Of a stretch of 64,000 bases of DNA, positions 29,892 to 39,620 are shown one piece after another. The position numbers and the translations under genes were made by a program. The notes beneath the pieces were generated by a model. The model did no database searches, had not been told where the DNA came from, and saw only the letters and a list, made by a program, of their open reading frames with translations. Numbering within the stretch: the stretch's first letter is position 1; every line of letters starts with the position of its first letter. Source of the DNA: an uncultured Acidobacteriaceae bacterium (lineage in GTDB: Bacteria; Acidobacteriota; Terriglobia; Terriglobales; Acidobacteriaceae); assembly GCA_963756435.1 (NCBI GenBank), contig CAVWNU010000023.1, forward strand, positions 34,609-98,608, in the 5' to 3' direction.

Positions 29892-30461
29892 CTAGAACCG
29901 CGGGCCGCCCCGATGCTCGCCCGTCTGCAGATCCACCACAAATTCCATCTCTCGGTCCGTTGGCATATCCCAGCCCCATCCACGCAGCTCCTTGGCCGTT
30001 GCTTCGCCCAGCCGTACACCCTCCCAGGAAAGCCGAGCCGTCTGCCACACCCGTCCGGCTGCGCCCCACGCCTCCACGGAATGAAAGCTGGCAAAGACCA
30101 GCAGCCCCGCCTGCGGAAGCGGCCGCACCTCCGTCACCGGCCGATACGCAATCTGCTGCCAGCGCTCCGGTGCGCGGGTGTCGATCATGTATCCATATCC
30201 CCCCGCCACCGCGCAGAGCATTGCGGGGTCAGGGCAGCTCCACAGCCCCGTCGGCACCGCCGGACTCGCAAAACCCAGAGCGCAGGTAGCCAGAAACCCC
30301 TCGCCATCGGCTGGCTGCACCATTAGCTCCAGTGCGCCGCGCTCCACCTCCTCTACCACCGCCGGATACACAAAGTGCCGCCGCGGAAGGATCATCGGCC
30401 GCGCCGCCAGCACCTCCGCCGTCCACGACGCCCTGAAGCTCTGATCGATCCTCACCGCCAT
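29892..30461 (-). CDS. hypothetical protein
   Basis: 189 aa ORF with beta-rich character and host-like codon usage. Confidence 0.7.
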   Translation of the reverse strand: MAVRIDQSFRASWTAEVLAARPMILPRRHFVYPAVVEEVERGALELMVQPADGEGFLATCALGFASPAVPTGLWSCPDPAMLCAVAGGYGYMIDTRAPERWQQIAYRPVTEVRPLPQAGLLVFASFHSVEAWGAAGRVWQTARLSWEGVRLGEATAKELRGWGWDMPTDREMEFVVDLQTGEHRGGPRF

Positions 30462-30827
30462 TTGCGCGTCACCGTCACTCCCGTCATCTCTCGCCGCATA
30501 GGCGAATCTAACAAGTGCGCCGCGCCCGGCGGTCAGCCTCCGCCAATCGCCAGGAGGAATCGACCGGTCCTGATCCCTAACCCCCGGCTCGGGAACCGCC
30601 CGGCCGGGAGCCGCGTACCACCTCCATGCCCGCCATTCTGATCGACTTACCGGGCTCGAGCGGAAGCGGGGTCAGGGTGGGACAAGATGTTCTGCGATGA
30701 GGCTTTTTCGTTGGAAAAAAGCCTGCTTCACAGATCTCGGCTTACCGTCGATACCCTGCTTCCGCTCTATGATGAAGACGCTGAATACGCTTTTGACGAC
30801 CGTGCGCAAGCAACCAGGCCGCCTCCC

Positions 30828-33443
30828 ATGACCAGCAAGACCGTAACCCGGTTCCTCTATCTCGCCTTCGGCCTCTTCATCGTCGCGAGCATGACCTACT
30901 TCGTCATGCAGACTACGGCCATCTTCCAGGAGCTGACGCACCGCGGCGAGCACGCTCGCATGCCCTTCCAGATCGATGACGACCTGCTCACCATCAGCAA
31001 TCTGGAGCCGGAGGCCATCGCGGCCGGGCTCAAGCCGGGCGATCGGCTGCTTGAAATCCGTGGAGAGCCCTACCGCGGTAAGCGGCAGCTGGTGCCGCTC
31101 ACCGGCGGAGGCAGGGACTTTGTTCGCGCCGGCAACCCGCTTGCGGTGATGATGCGCCACGCGGATGGCAGCGAGTATCGCGCCCAGATCCACACTGTGG
31201 CTAGCAAAGCCTCCCAGAAGAGGTTCAATTTCGAGTGGGCCCTCAATATCCTGCAGCTTCTCCCGCCGATCATCTGTCTGCTGATTGGCTACTGGGTGGT
31301 CGCAGCACGCATCCGCGACCCCAACGCGTGGCTGCTGCTCGTGCTCTTTGCCTATCCCTCGGTGCTTTCAGCACCGCCGCACTGGTGGCCTGATCCCTGG
31401 GCGCTCCCGATCAGCGGCTATTACGGCACGTTGCAAGTGTTGTGCGCGCCGGCGCTGTTTCTCTTCGGCATCTATTTTCCCGAGCGTTGGCGCCTGGATC
31501 GTCGTTATCCGTGGGCCAAGTGGCTCATCCTCGCCCCACTCTGCATAGGCGTTGCGCTCTACGGGACCACGTTGTACATCGAAAACTTCGCCGCACCTGA
31601 GTACGGCTCCCTCAGCGCACGCATTTCTCCTGGGGTCGAGCGCATCCTCAACCCGCTGGGCCTGATATGCGTCATCATCTACGTCGCCGCGCTCATCGAT
31701 AAGCTCCGCTCCGCGACCACCGCAGATGCCCGCCGCCGCCTGCAGGTGCTCACCTTCGGGTCGGTCATCGGCATTGGTTCCCTGCTGCTCGTCTTTGTTT
31801 TGCTGCCGCATTTCGGCGTTCAGGCCAATCATCATCCCTGGCTCGCCCTGCCAGCCTTCCTGCTCTTCTTCGCCGCGCCCTTCTCCTTCGCTTACGTCGT
31901 CGTCGTGCAGCGCGCGCTGGACGTCCGCCTTCTCGTTCGCATGGGCACCAAGTACGCCTTAGCCCGCTACACGCTGCTAGTCGCGGAGATCGCCTTCGTC
32001 GCCTTCGTCCTCATTCATTTCGTCGTCCCCTTGGTCCGGCACAAGGAAAACCTGCCCGTCGCCATTCCGGTCCTCATCCTCATTGCCGCCGGACTCATCA
32101 AGCTCTTCGCCTCGCACGATTCCATCAGCAGCCGCCTGCAGCGCTGGCTCGATCGCAAATTCTTCCGCGAAGCCTATGACGCCGAGCTGGTGCTCAGTGA
32201 GCTCTCCGATCAGGCACGCCGCTTCACCGAGGCCAAGCCCCTCGTCGACACCGTCAGCCGCCGCATCTCGGAGGTCCTGCACGTCTCCTCCATCGCCGTC
32301 TATCTGCGCCATGGGCGCAGCTTCGGCTTGGAGCACTGCATCGGCGTCAACGAGGACGTGCCCAAGCGCTTCGAAGAGAGCTCCTCCGCCGTGCGCAATC
32401 TCGCGAGATCCAACCAGGCTGCCACCCTCTACCGCGAAAATCCCGATGGCTGGTTTCTCCTCGCGGACGACCGCGAACGCGAGGCGCTGGACCACCTCGG
32501 CGCTGAACTCCTGCTCCCCCTTTCCGGACGTGACAAGCTGCTGGGCTTCATCAGCCTCGGTCCCAAGCGCTCCGAAGAGCCCTACACGCCCTCCGATCTC
32601 CGCCTGCTGCAATCCGTCAGCACCCAGGCCGGCCTCGCGCTTGAGATCAGCGCTCTCGTTCACTCCCTCGCCAGCGAAGCCGCGCGCCGCGAGCGCATCG
32701 ATCGCGAAATCGAGATCGCCCGCGAGGTGCAGGAGCGCCTCTTCCCCCAGCAGCTACCCACCTTGCCCGGCCACACCATCTACGGCGCGTGCCGCCCCGC
32801 GCAGGGCGTTGGCGGCGACTACTACGACGTCCTCACGCTCGATGACGGCTCGCTTGGCCTCGCCATCGGCGATGTCTCCGGCAAAGGCATCTCCGCCGCG
32901 CTGCTCATGGCCAGCCTGCGCGCCTCGCTGCGCGGCATGACCATGGACGGCCCCGCCGACCTCGCGCGCCTCATGAACCGCGTCAATCGCCTGGTCTACG
33001 AGTCCTCCGCCACCAACCGCTACGCCACCTTTTTCTTCAGCATCTACGAGCCGCTTACACGCCTGCTGCGCTACGTGAATGCTGGTCACAATCCGCCCTA
33101 CGTGCTGCGCGGCAGCGAGATCCACGCCCTCGATGGCGGCGGCCCCGTCATCGGCCTGCTGCCCGATGCGATCTACGAAGAATGCCGCCTGATCCTCGAG
33201 CCGGGCGATCTGCTGCTCGCCTATACCGACGGCATCAGCGAAGCGCTCAACCTGCAGGATCAGGAATGGGGCGAGGAGCGCATGGTCGCCGCCGCCCGAA
33301 CCAAGCTCCCGGAGAACGCCAGCACCATCCTCCGCCACATCGTCACTGAAGCGGACCGCTTCGCTGCCACTGCGCCCCAGCACGACGACATGACCCTGCT
33401 GCTGATGAAGCTCGACCATGCACCCCGCCTCGCGTCCGCCTGA
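30828..33443 (+). CDS. membrane-bound SpoIIE/RsbU-type PP2C phosphatase with PDZ and GAF domains
   Basis: AGLKPGDRLLEI (PDZ), multiple TMs, GAF, VGGDYYD, GDVSGKG, YTDG, DDMTL. Confidence 0.9.
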   Translation: MTSKTVTRFLYLAFGLFIVASMTYFVMQTTAIFQELTHRGEHARMPFQIDDDLLTISNLEPEAIAAGLKPGDRLLEIRGEPYRGKRQLVPLTGGGRDFVRAGNPLAVMMRHADGSEYRAQIHTVASKASQKRFNFEWALNILQLLPPIICLLIGYWVVAARIRDPNAWLLLVLFAYPSVLSAPPHWWPDPWALPISGYYGTLQVLCAPALFLFGIYFPERWRLDRRYPWAKWLILAPLCIGVALYGTTLYIENFAAPEYGSLSARISPGVERILNPLGLICVIIYVAALIDKLRSATTADARRRLQVLTFGSVIGIGSLLLVFVLLPHFGVQANHHPWLALPAFLLFFAAPFSFAYVVVVQRALDVRLLVRMGTKYALARYTLLVAEIAFVAFVLIHFVVPLVRHKENLPVAIPVLILIAAGLIKLFASHDSISSRLQRWLDRKFFREAYDAELVLSELSDQARRFTEAKPLVDTVSRRISEVLHVSSIAVYLRHGRSFGLEHCIGVNEDVPKRFEESSSAVRNLARSNQAATLYRENPDGWFLLADDREREALDHLGAELLLPLSGRDKLLGFISLGPKRSEEPYTPSDLRLLQSVSTQAGLALEISALVHSLASEAARRERIDREIEIAREVQERLFPQQLPTLPGHTIYGACRPAQGVGGDYYDVLTLDDGSLGLAIGDVSGKGISAALLMASLRASLRGMTMDGPADLARLMNRVNRLVYESSATNRYATFFFSIYEPLTRLLRYVNAGHNPPYVLRGSEIHALDGGGPVIGLLPDAIYEECRLILEPGDLLLAYTDGISEALNLQDQEWGEERMVAAARTKLPENASTILRHIVTEADRFAATAPQHDDMTLLLMKLDHAPRLASA

Positions 33444-33452
33444 TCGAGCGCT

Positions 33453-34637
33453 TCAGTCCAGCGACGCCGCCGCAGGTTCCTGCACCACCGTACCCATCCG
33501 TGCGGCGCCGTCACCCCAGCGCCCACGCAGCCAGCGATTCATCGGTTCGGAGTAGAAGCGCGCGACCACCTCGCCCAGCAAAACTGCGGCCGCAATCAGG
33601 ACAAAGAAGAGCACCGGCACGCCAGCCATCGGCTTACCCACGGTGGCAAACAGAGCAAAGCCGCCGACCACCACGAACATATGGCTCAGATACACCTCGT
33701 AGCTCCGTTGTCCGGCGACCAGTAGCGGCGCAAGCACTCGCGGACTGCGCCATCCCGTCTGCGCCGCCACCGCGATCAGCATCGATGCGCCAAGACCAAT
33801 CGCGCTCATGTACAGTCCGGTGCGCTCCGGAATCCACGCCTCGGCGGTTCGCGAGAAAGCGAGGCAGAAGACGAGCAGGCCGCCGCCAGCAATGCCGAGC
33901 ACTCTCAGCCACGCGCGCGAAAGCCTGCGCCCATGCAGCACAAGCGCAGTCAGGCATCCCATCGCGATCGCATCCATGCCGCCGAGATAGGAATACTCCC
34001 GCCACACCGGGTTGCCATGCGTCAGCGCCGTGCGTCCAAATGGCCCCAGCGCAACAAACACCAGCAGGAGCGCGATCAGCCGCTTTCCCCGGCCGAGCAC
34101 ACGGCACGCCAGCGGGAAAAAGAGATAGAACATCTCCTCCACGGAAAGCGACCAAAGAATGTCCCAGCTACCCGGCAGATAGCCCCGCGTCGCCTCGAGC
34201 AGATTCACATGAAAGGTCAGCGCCGCAATCAGCGCCCGTCCCAGGCCACCCGTCTTCGGCGACACAACGAAGTGCCTCACGCCGGCAAAGTGCAACACGC
34301 TCAGCACAACGAGCAGCGACAGTAGTAGTGGAGCAATCCGCGCGAAGCGCAGTTGGTAGAACTCCACCATGCTCACGCGAGCGGGTGCACCCCACCGCCG
34401 CAGCGAAGTCGCCGTGATCAGAAAACCGGATACAGCGAAGAAAATCTGCACCCCCTGCTGCCCGTTCCACACCAGCGACGACACCAGTTGCCCCGGAAGC
34501 CCGCGCGTGTAGGGAACATCCGCAAACAACAGTTGCATGTTGATGTGGTTCATCAGGACAAAGAAGATCGCCAGCCCGCGCAGCAGATCGATTCCATCTA
34601 CCCGCGACCAGGTGGGCGCCGGCATTTCATTCTTCAT
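33453..34637 (-). CDS. acyltransferase family 3 (OafA-like)
   Basis: IDLLRGLAI, GVQIFFAVSGFLIT, RFARIAP, WSLSVEEMFY. Confidence 0.9.
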   Translation of the reverse strand: MKNEMPAPTWSRVDGIDLLRGLAIFFVLMNHINMQLLFADVPYTRGLPGQLVSSLVWNGQQGVQIFFAVSGFLITATSLRRWGAPARVSMVEFYQLRFARIAPLLLSLLVVLSVLHFAGVRHFVVSPKTGGLGRALIAALTFHVNLLEATRGYLPGSWDILWSLSVEEMFYLFFPLACRVLGRGKRLIALLLVFVALGPFGRTALTHGNPVWREYSYLGGMDAIAMGCLTALVLHGRRLSRAWLRVLGIAGGGLLVFCLAFSRTAEAWIPERTGLYMSAIGLGASMLIAVAAQTGWRSPRVLAPLLVAGQRSYEVYLSHMFVVVGGFALFATVGKPMAGVPVLFFVLIAAAVLLGEVVARFYSEPMNRWLRGRWGDGAARMGTVVQEPAAASLD

Positions 34638-34639
34638 GT

Positions 34640-34696
34640 GTCATCCTGAGCAAAGCGAAGTGCCTGCCCTGAGCCTGTCGAAGGGACCTGCAGTTT
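34640..34696 (+). repeat. dispersed repeat copy with internal insertion
   Basis: GTCATCCTGAGCAAAGCGAAG-(TGCCTGCCCTGAGCCTGTCGAAGG)-GACCTGCAGTTT. Confidence 0.7.
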
Positions 34697-34734
34697 CTCG
34701 AAGCATCACAGCTCTTGTCCGAGCAAGCCAATTT

Positions 34735-36240
34735 CTAGAATGCAGCAGCAGCCCGCTCCGCAACACTCTTCACGCCCAGCCTCAGCGCAGCACCCTCTTC
34801 CATCAGCGGAACGATCTTGTCGAACTCCGGCCCCGAGTGCGCGCCCGTCAGAATGATCCTGACCGGATGAAAAAGTTCCTTCCCCTTCGCACCCGTCTCC
34901 GCCTTCACCTCGTTCATCAGCACCTTGAAGCGCTCTGCCGTGATCGGTCCCGGCTCCGCCATCACATGCGCGGTAAAAGCTCCCACCACACGCTGGCCTA
35001 TATCGCTCTCGAGCAGCGCCGCATTCTCCGGATCCGCCTTCGTCCTCGAAGAATCCAGTTCGAAGAAAAATGCTGCTTTCGCTGGCAGCTGGTCCAGATG
35101 ATCCACCCCTGGCAGAAACACGGTCACCAGCCGCTCAAACCATTTTGTAATCTCGGCAGTTGCCTTTTCCCGCGGACCGAGATACCCCGCCTGCTCGAAG
35201 TACGGCCACGCCAGCCTCGCGACCTCCGCGATCGGCCGCAACTTCAGATAGTGCCGGTTCAGCCAGTCCAGCTTGCCTGTATCGAAGACGGCCGGCGACG
35301 CCGTCACGCGCTCCAGCTTGAATTCGCGAACCAGCTCCTGCGGCGTAAACGTCTCCCGCGTCCCTCCCTCGGCACCCCATCCCAGCAGCGCCAGATAGTT
35401 CATCAGCGCCTCCGGCAGATACCCCATTTCGCGAAAGCTCGCAATCGACGTCGCTCCATGCCGCTTCGATAGCCGCTCCCGATCGCTGCCCAGGATGGTC
35501 GACAGATGCGCAAACTCCGGCACCTTCCACCCAAACGCCTCGTAGATCGCCACCTGCTTCGGCGTATTCGACACGTGATCGTCGCCGCGGATCACATGCG
35601 TGATCTCCATCAGCGCATCGTCAATCGCGACCACGTAGTTGTAGACCGGCATCCCATTCGACCGCACCAGCACCGGATCGCTCACCGCCTCGGCGGGAAA
35701 TTCCACCTCGCCGCGCACCAGGTCGTGGAAGCGAATCGGATGCTCCGGTATACGTAACCGCACAGCATATAATTCACCCGCATCCGCCCGTTTTCGCGAA
35801 TCCTCCATCGAAACCGCCCGACAACGCCCGCTGTACACCTGCGGCTGATGCGCCGCCGTCGCCGCCGCGCGCTCCGCCTCCAGTTGCTCCGTAGTGCAGA
35901 AGCAGCGATACGCCTTCCCCCCGGCCAACAACTTCTCAGTGTGCTCGGCATAGATCGGCAACCGCTCGCTCTGACGGTAGGGTCCATGCGAGCCGCCCAT
36001 TTGCGGTCCCTCTTCCCACGTCAGCCCAAGCCAGTGCAGGTCTTCGATCAGCAGCGCCTCATAGCGCGCCTCGGACCGCTCTACATCCGTGTCCTCGATG
36101 CGCAGAATCGCGGACCCGCCGTTGTGACGCGCAAACAGCCAGTTGTAAAGCGCCGTCCGTGCATTGCCCACATGCAGCATGCCGGTCGGCGAAGGCGCAA
36201 AGCGCACCCGTGGTTTGATTTGAAGTTGCGTATCAGCCAT
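34735..36240 (-). CDS. gltX: glutamate--tRNA ligase
   Basis: [14 protein letters not shown] (HIGH), [20 protein letters not shown] (KMSKS). Confidence 0.96.
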   Translation of the reverse strand: MADTQLQIKPRVRFAPSPTGMLHVGNARTALYNWLFARHNGGSAILRIEDTDVERSEARYEALLIEDLHWLGLTWEEGPQMGGSHGPYRQSERLPIYAEHTEKLLAGGKAYRCFCTTEQLEAERAAATAAHQPQVYSGRCRAVSMEDSRKRADAGELYAVRLRIPEHPIRFHDLVRGEVEFPAEAVSDPVLVRSNGMPVYNYVVAIDDALMEITHVIRGDDHVSNTPKQVAIYEAFGWKVPEFAHLSTILGSDRERLSKRHGATSIASFREMGYLPEALMNYLALLGWGAEGGTRETFTPQELVREFKLERVTASPAVFDTGKLDWLNRHYLKLRPIAEVARLAWPYFEQAGYLGPREKATAEITKWFERLVTVFLPGVDHLDQLPAKAAFFFELDSSRTKADPENAALLESDIGQRVVGAFTAHVMAEPGPITAERFKVLMNEVKAETGAKGKELFHPVRIILTGAHSGPEFDKIVPLMEEGAALRLGVKSVAERAAAAF

Positions 36241-36321
36241 CTCGAATCGATGCTATCGCAGCGCGCACCGCCAGCCGCTTTGCTTACAATAAGAAGAACA
36301 CCGCAAGAGGAGAACGCACCG

Positions 36322-36594
36322 ATGGCCCACATGGTCCAGGATTCCCGCTACAAGAAAGAAATGGAAGGACTGGATGAGCCGCCCTTCGACTCCGATTTCG
36401 GCAACAAGGTCTTCCACAACGTCTCCAAGCAAAGCTGGCAGGAGTGGGTCGAGCGGCAGAAGATGCTGCTGAACGAATACCGCCTCCAGCCCTGGACGCG
36501 CGAAGCCCAGGAGTTCCTCGTCGAGCAGATGGAACAGTTCTTCTTCGGCGAAGGCTCCGCATTGCCCCAGGACTACATCCCACCCGCCGGCTAG
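36322..36594 (+). CDS. YggX-like Fe(II)-trafficking / oxidative damage protection protein
   Basis: GNKVFHNVSKQSWQEW..QKMLLNEYRL...MEQFFFG; GAGGAG RBS. Confidence 0.88.
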   Translation: MAHMVQDSRYKKEMEGLDEPPFDSDFGNKVFHNVSKQSWQEWVERQKMLLNEYRLQPWTREAQEFLVEQMEQFFFGEGSALPQDYIPPAG

Positions 36595-36817
36595 GGACTC
36601 TGCGATCGGCCATCCAGCCTCATCCAGAACGACGTGAAGGACCTGCAGTTCGCCACTCTGCCACGAAAGTGCGGGCCCTATATCTCGCGTCTGCAAAGGA
36701 AGAGGCCGCGCGACTTCCGCAATGCCGTTGCGGGCGACGAGCGAAACAAACGCCTTCCGCGCGGGACGCTCAGTCCTTGATACACTCAATGAGGCAAGAC
36801 CCCTGCCTCACCGTCGT

Positions 36818-36894
36818 CGGGACGTGGCTCAGCCTGGTAGAGCACTCGCTTGGGGTGCGAGGGGTCGGCAGTTCGAATCTGCCCGTCCCGACCA
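36818..36894 (+). tRNA. tRNA-Pro(GGG)
   Basis: CGGGACGTGGCTCAGCCTGGTAGAGCACTCGCTTGGGGTGCGAGGGGTCGGCAGTTCGAATCTGCCCGTCCCGACCA; anticodon loop TT-GGG-GT. Confidence 0.97.
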
Positions 36895-37058
36895 ATCACT
36901 CAGTTCGCCCTCTGAAATCATTCAGGCGAATGATTCCCTGTATAAGTAAGAACTGGAATTTGCCGTCTCTGGTGTGGCTCCAGTGGCGCAAGGGCACCCT
37001 TTTGAGCAGTAGAGGTTCAAGTCCTCGGCCCAGGGGAGCGCGGAAGGTGGTCGCACAG

Positions 37059-38216
37059 ATGAGAATGCGTATACTCCCCACCCGCGTCACACTTTCCATC
37101 GCTTGCCTGCTGCTCGGCATGCAGGCCGCAGCACAGCGGATCATCCCGCCTCTCCACACCAGCGGTTACGAGATCCGCGACGCTGCTGGCCACCAGGTGC
37201 GGCTCACATCCGTCAACTGGTACGGCTTCGATCAAAAGGAATTCGTCGTGGGCGGCCTGGATCACGCGCCGCTCGAGACCATCGTCGGTCAAATCAAAGC
37301 AATCAGCGTCAATTCCGTGCGGCTGCCGTGGGCCAACGAAACCATCGAGCGCAATCCGCTGGTGGCCGATTATGCGGTGAAAGCCAACCCGCAGTTTCGC
37401 GGCAAACGCGCGCTCGATGTCATGGACGCGGTCATCGCCGCACTCGCCCAGGCGCACATCCTGGTCATCCTCGACAACCACATGAGCCGTGCCGACTGGT
37501 GCTGCAGCGAAACCGACGGCAATGGACTCTGGTACAACGCCGAATATCCCGAGAGTCAATGGCTCGCCGACTGGCAGACGATCGTCACGCGTTACAAACA
37601 ACAGCCCTGGGTCGTCGGTGCTGACTTGCGAAACGAGTTGCGCAGCGGTGCGCAATGGGGCGGCTCTGATCCGAAATTTGATTGGCACGCGGCGGCGGAA
37701 CGTGGCGGCGATGCCGTACTTGAGATAAATCCCAAGCTACTGGTGTTCGTGGAAGGGCCGCAATACTCAACCGACTTGAGGGGGTTCTCCGACCTGCCTG
37801 TCCGTCTCAAAGTCTCGCATCGACTGGTTTACTCCCCGCACGCCTATCCATCCACTGAGCACCGGTTCGAGAGCTATGCCGAATTGCGCGCAGCCTACGA
37901 TGAGCGGGCAGGCTACCTGCTCCACGCAAAGCCGGCCGTCCCGCTCTGGGTTGGCGAATTCGGCGCCTGCCAGACACTCGACTGTGACGACGGGAGCCAG
38001 TGGCTCCGCTGGTTTGTTCAGTATCTCGGAGACAAAGACCTGAGCTGGAGCTGGTGGCCGCTCAATGGCACTCAGTCCAGTGGCCAGGGACGCAAGTATG
38101 ACGCGGTGGAAACCTATGGCCTCTTGACCCCCGACTACCAGCACATCGCCGCCCCCAAAGTCGTCGAACTGCTGCGCACCATTGAAGCTCCCCGGAATCA
38201 GTCTCCCCGGAAGTGA
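37059..38216 (+). CDS. exported glycoside hydrolase family 5 (endoglucanase-like)
   Basis: Signal peptide; VNWYGF, NSVRLP, ILDNH, DLRNE (acid/base), YSPHAY, LWVGEFG (nucleophile). Confidence 0.9.
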   Translation: MRMRILPTRVTLSIACLLLGMQAAAQRIIPPLHTSGYEIRDAAGHQVRLTSVNWYGFDQKEFVVGGLDHAPLETIVGQIKAISVNSVRLPWANETIERNPLVADYAVKANPQFRGKRALDVMDAVIAALAQAHILVILDNHMSRADWCCSETDGNGLWYNAEYPESQWLADWQTIVTRYKQQPWVVGADLRNELRSGAQWGGSDPKFDWHAAAERGGDAVLEINPKLLVFVEGPQYSTDLRGFSDLPVRLKVSHRLVYSPHAYPSTEHRFESYAELRAAYDERAGYLLHAKPAVPLWVGEFGACQTLDCDDGSQWLRWFVQYLGDKDLSWSWWPLNGTQSSGQGRKYDAVETYGLLTPDYQHIAAPKVVELLRTIEAPRNQSPRK

Positions 38217-38284
38217 TCGTAAGGAGCGCGGTCACGGGGGCTCGTTGGGCAGGCGGCGAATTGTGGCTTTCAGTCGCGAACTGC

Positions 38285-39028
38285 TTAAGACGAAGGTTTG
38301 TTGCTGATCGTGGCCGCAGACAGGGTGCGCAGCGCCGCCGCCAGATCATCCGGGCGAAAGCCGAATGGCCCTGCCTTGCTCTTGTATGCGATACGCCCAC
38401 CCTGCTCGATGAGGTAGAGGCGATCCGGCCAGCCTGTGTACGCCGCCTCAACCTTGTCATCGAATCCGTCAATGAGTGCAGGAAACTTCACGTGCAGCTT
38501 TCGGACGCAGGCGCCCGCGACCGAGAGACGCTCGCCCATGTCCCGGGGACTGCGAAACAACACCTGATCCCGGACGTTGCTCTGCATCTGCCACACGTCC
38601 GTCGGATGGGCCTCCAATATGTACACCGCGTAGAAGTCGACTTTGCCCTTGTACTGCTCGGAGAGCTTGTTCAGGGCGGGAACCTCCCGCCGGAACGGCG
38701 GTCAGGTATAGCTCCCGAAGACGAGCACTACCGGCTTTTTCGCCCACAACCCGGACAACGCGAGCGGCTCCTTGCCCTCCAGCATCTGAACGTTGAGATC
38801 GGGCGCTGTGTCGCCCGGCTTCAGTGTTCCCTTCCTGGCGTGCGTCCACATGGTTTCAAAGGGGAAGAGAAAGTAAGCAGGCATGGGCATTTTCGCCATC
38901 ACACGCCCAAACACCTCCGGCGGCTGTCGCATCGCCCAATCGATGTAACCGACAAAGCAAAGCCACAGGATGCTCAGCAGGATCGCGCTTCCACCCAGCC
39001 ACCGTTTTGTCTTACCCTTCAGCGCCAT
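38285..39028 (-). CDS. iodothyronine deiodinase-like thioredoxin-fold selenoprotein, 247 aa, Sec109 (TGA at 38702-38704)
   Basis: ORFs 38702-39028 and 38285-38626 are one frame; reads PVVLVFGSYT-TGA-PPFRRE...YILEAHPTDVW...AYTGWPDRLYLI..GPFGF, matching deiodinase FGSxTUPPF and YIxEAHxxDxW motifs; N-terminal TM. Confidence 0.88.
38675..38691 (-). promoter_or_regulatory. candidate bacterial SECIS hairpin of the deiodinase-like gene
   Basis: GGCGGGA-GGT-TCCCGCC starting 10 nt after the in-frame UGA, with GGU at the apex. Confidence 0.65.
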
Positions 39029-39038
39029 GGTTCGCAGC

Positions 39039-39620
39039 TCACTTCGTCATCGCATCCATTTCCAGATAGCCCTGAGGAGAAATGCCAAACGCGTCGGCGA
39101 CGCGATTGAAGAAGGCAAACATCGCCGTGATATAGACCGCCTCAGCAATCTGTGGCTCCGTCCACCCGTGATCACGCAGAACCTGAACATCGTCAGGTGT
39201 GGTGCGATACGCGGCCTCAGTCACCTTCGTTACGTAATCCAGCAACGCTCGCTCGGCGACACTTAGACCGGCTTCGTCAAGCTTGCCTGCAGCGATGGCC
39301 TGCACTGTTTTCTCTTCCGCTCCCTGAACACGCAGGAAGTAAGCATGCGAGTCCAGTCAATATGGACAGCGATTCAGCCACGACACCCAGCTCGCGATAG
39401 CTTCCTTGGTCCGCCGGTCCAGATGGCCCTGGGAAAAATGAACCGTGTTGCTGAAGCTCATCACCTCGCGCAGAAAGTCAGGCCGGTGGCTGAAGCACTT
39501 CAGGATTCCTGGCATCTGCTGGCGTCCTGAATGCGAGCGCCACTCGTCGTAAACCTTCGCTACCTCACCCGTGGCGGCGGCGTCCTCAATGAAATTGATC
39601 TTGTTCGTTTGGTCACGCAT
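39039..39620 (-). CDS. AhpD/CMD-like (peroxidase-related) selenoprotein, 193 aa, CxxU motif, Sec88 (TGA at 39357-39359)
   Basis: ORFs 39357-39677 and 39039-39305 are one frame; reads LDRRTKEAIASWVSWLNRCPY-TGA-LDSHAYFL...AERALLDY...FAFFNRVADAFG, i.e. AhpD CxxCxxxH with the second Cys as TGA. Confidence 0.85.
39320..39339 (-). promoter_or_regulatory. candidate SECIS hairpin of the AhpD-like gene
   Basis: CTTCCTG-CGTGTT-CAGGGAG starting 17 nt after UGA, GU-containing loop. Confidence 0.45.

Noticed and set aside
36444-37058. 590 aa ORF suggesting a long N-terminal extension on the GH5
   Set aside because: The extension runs through the YggX-like gene and tRNA-Pro; the credible start with a signal peptide is at 37059
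39029-39041. Read-through of the AhpD-like terminal TGA to give a fusion with the deiodinase-like protein
   Set aside because: The 10 nt gap puts the downstream gene out of frame
38285-39620. Genome-wide TGA reassignment (Trp/Gly) as the explanation for the in-frame TGAs
   Set aside because: Many genes here end in TGA at the expected family C-terminus, Trp is encoded by TGG, and both TGAs sit at Cys/Sec positions
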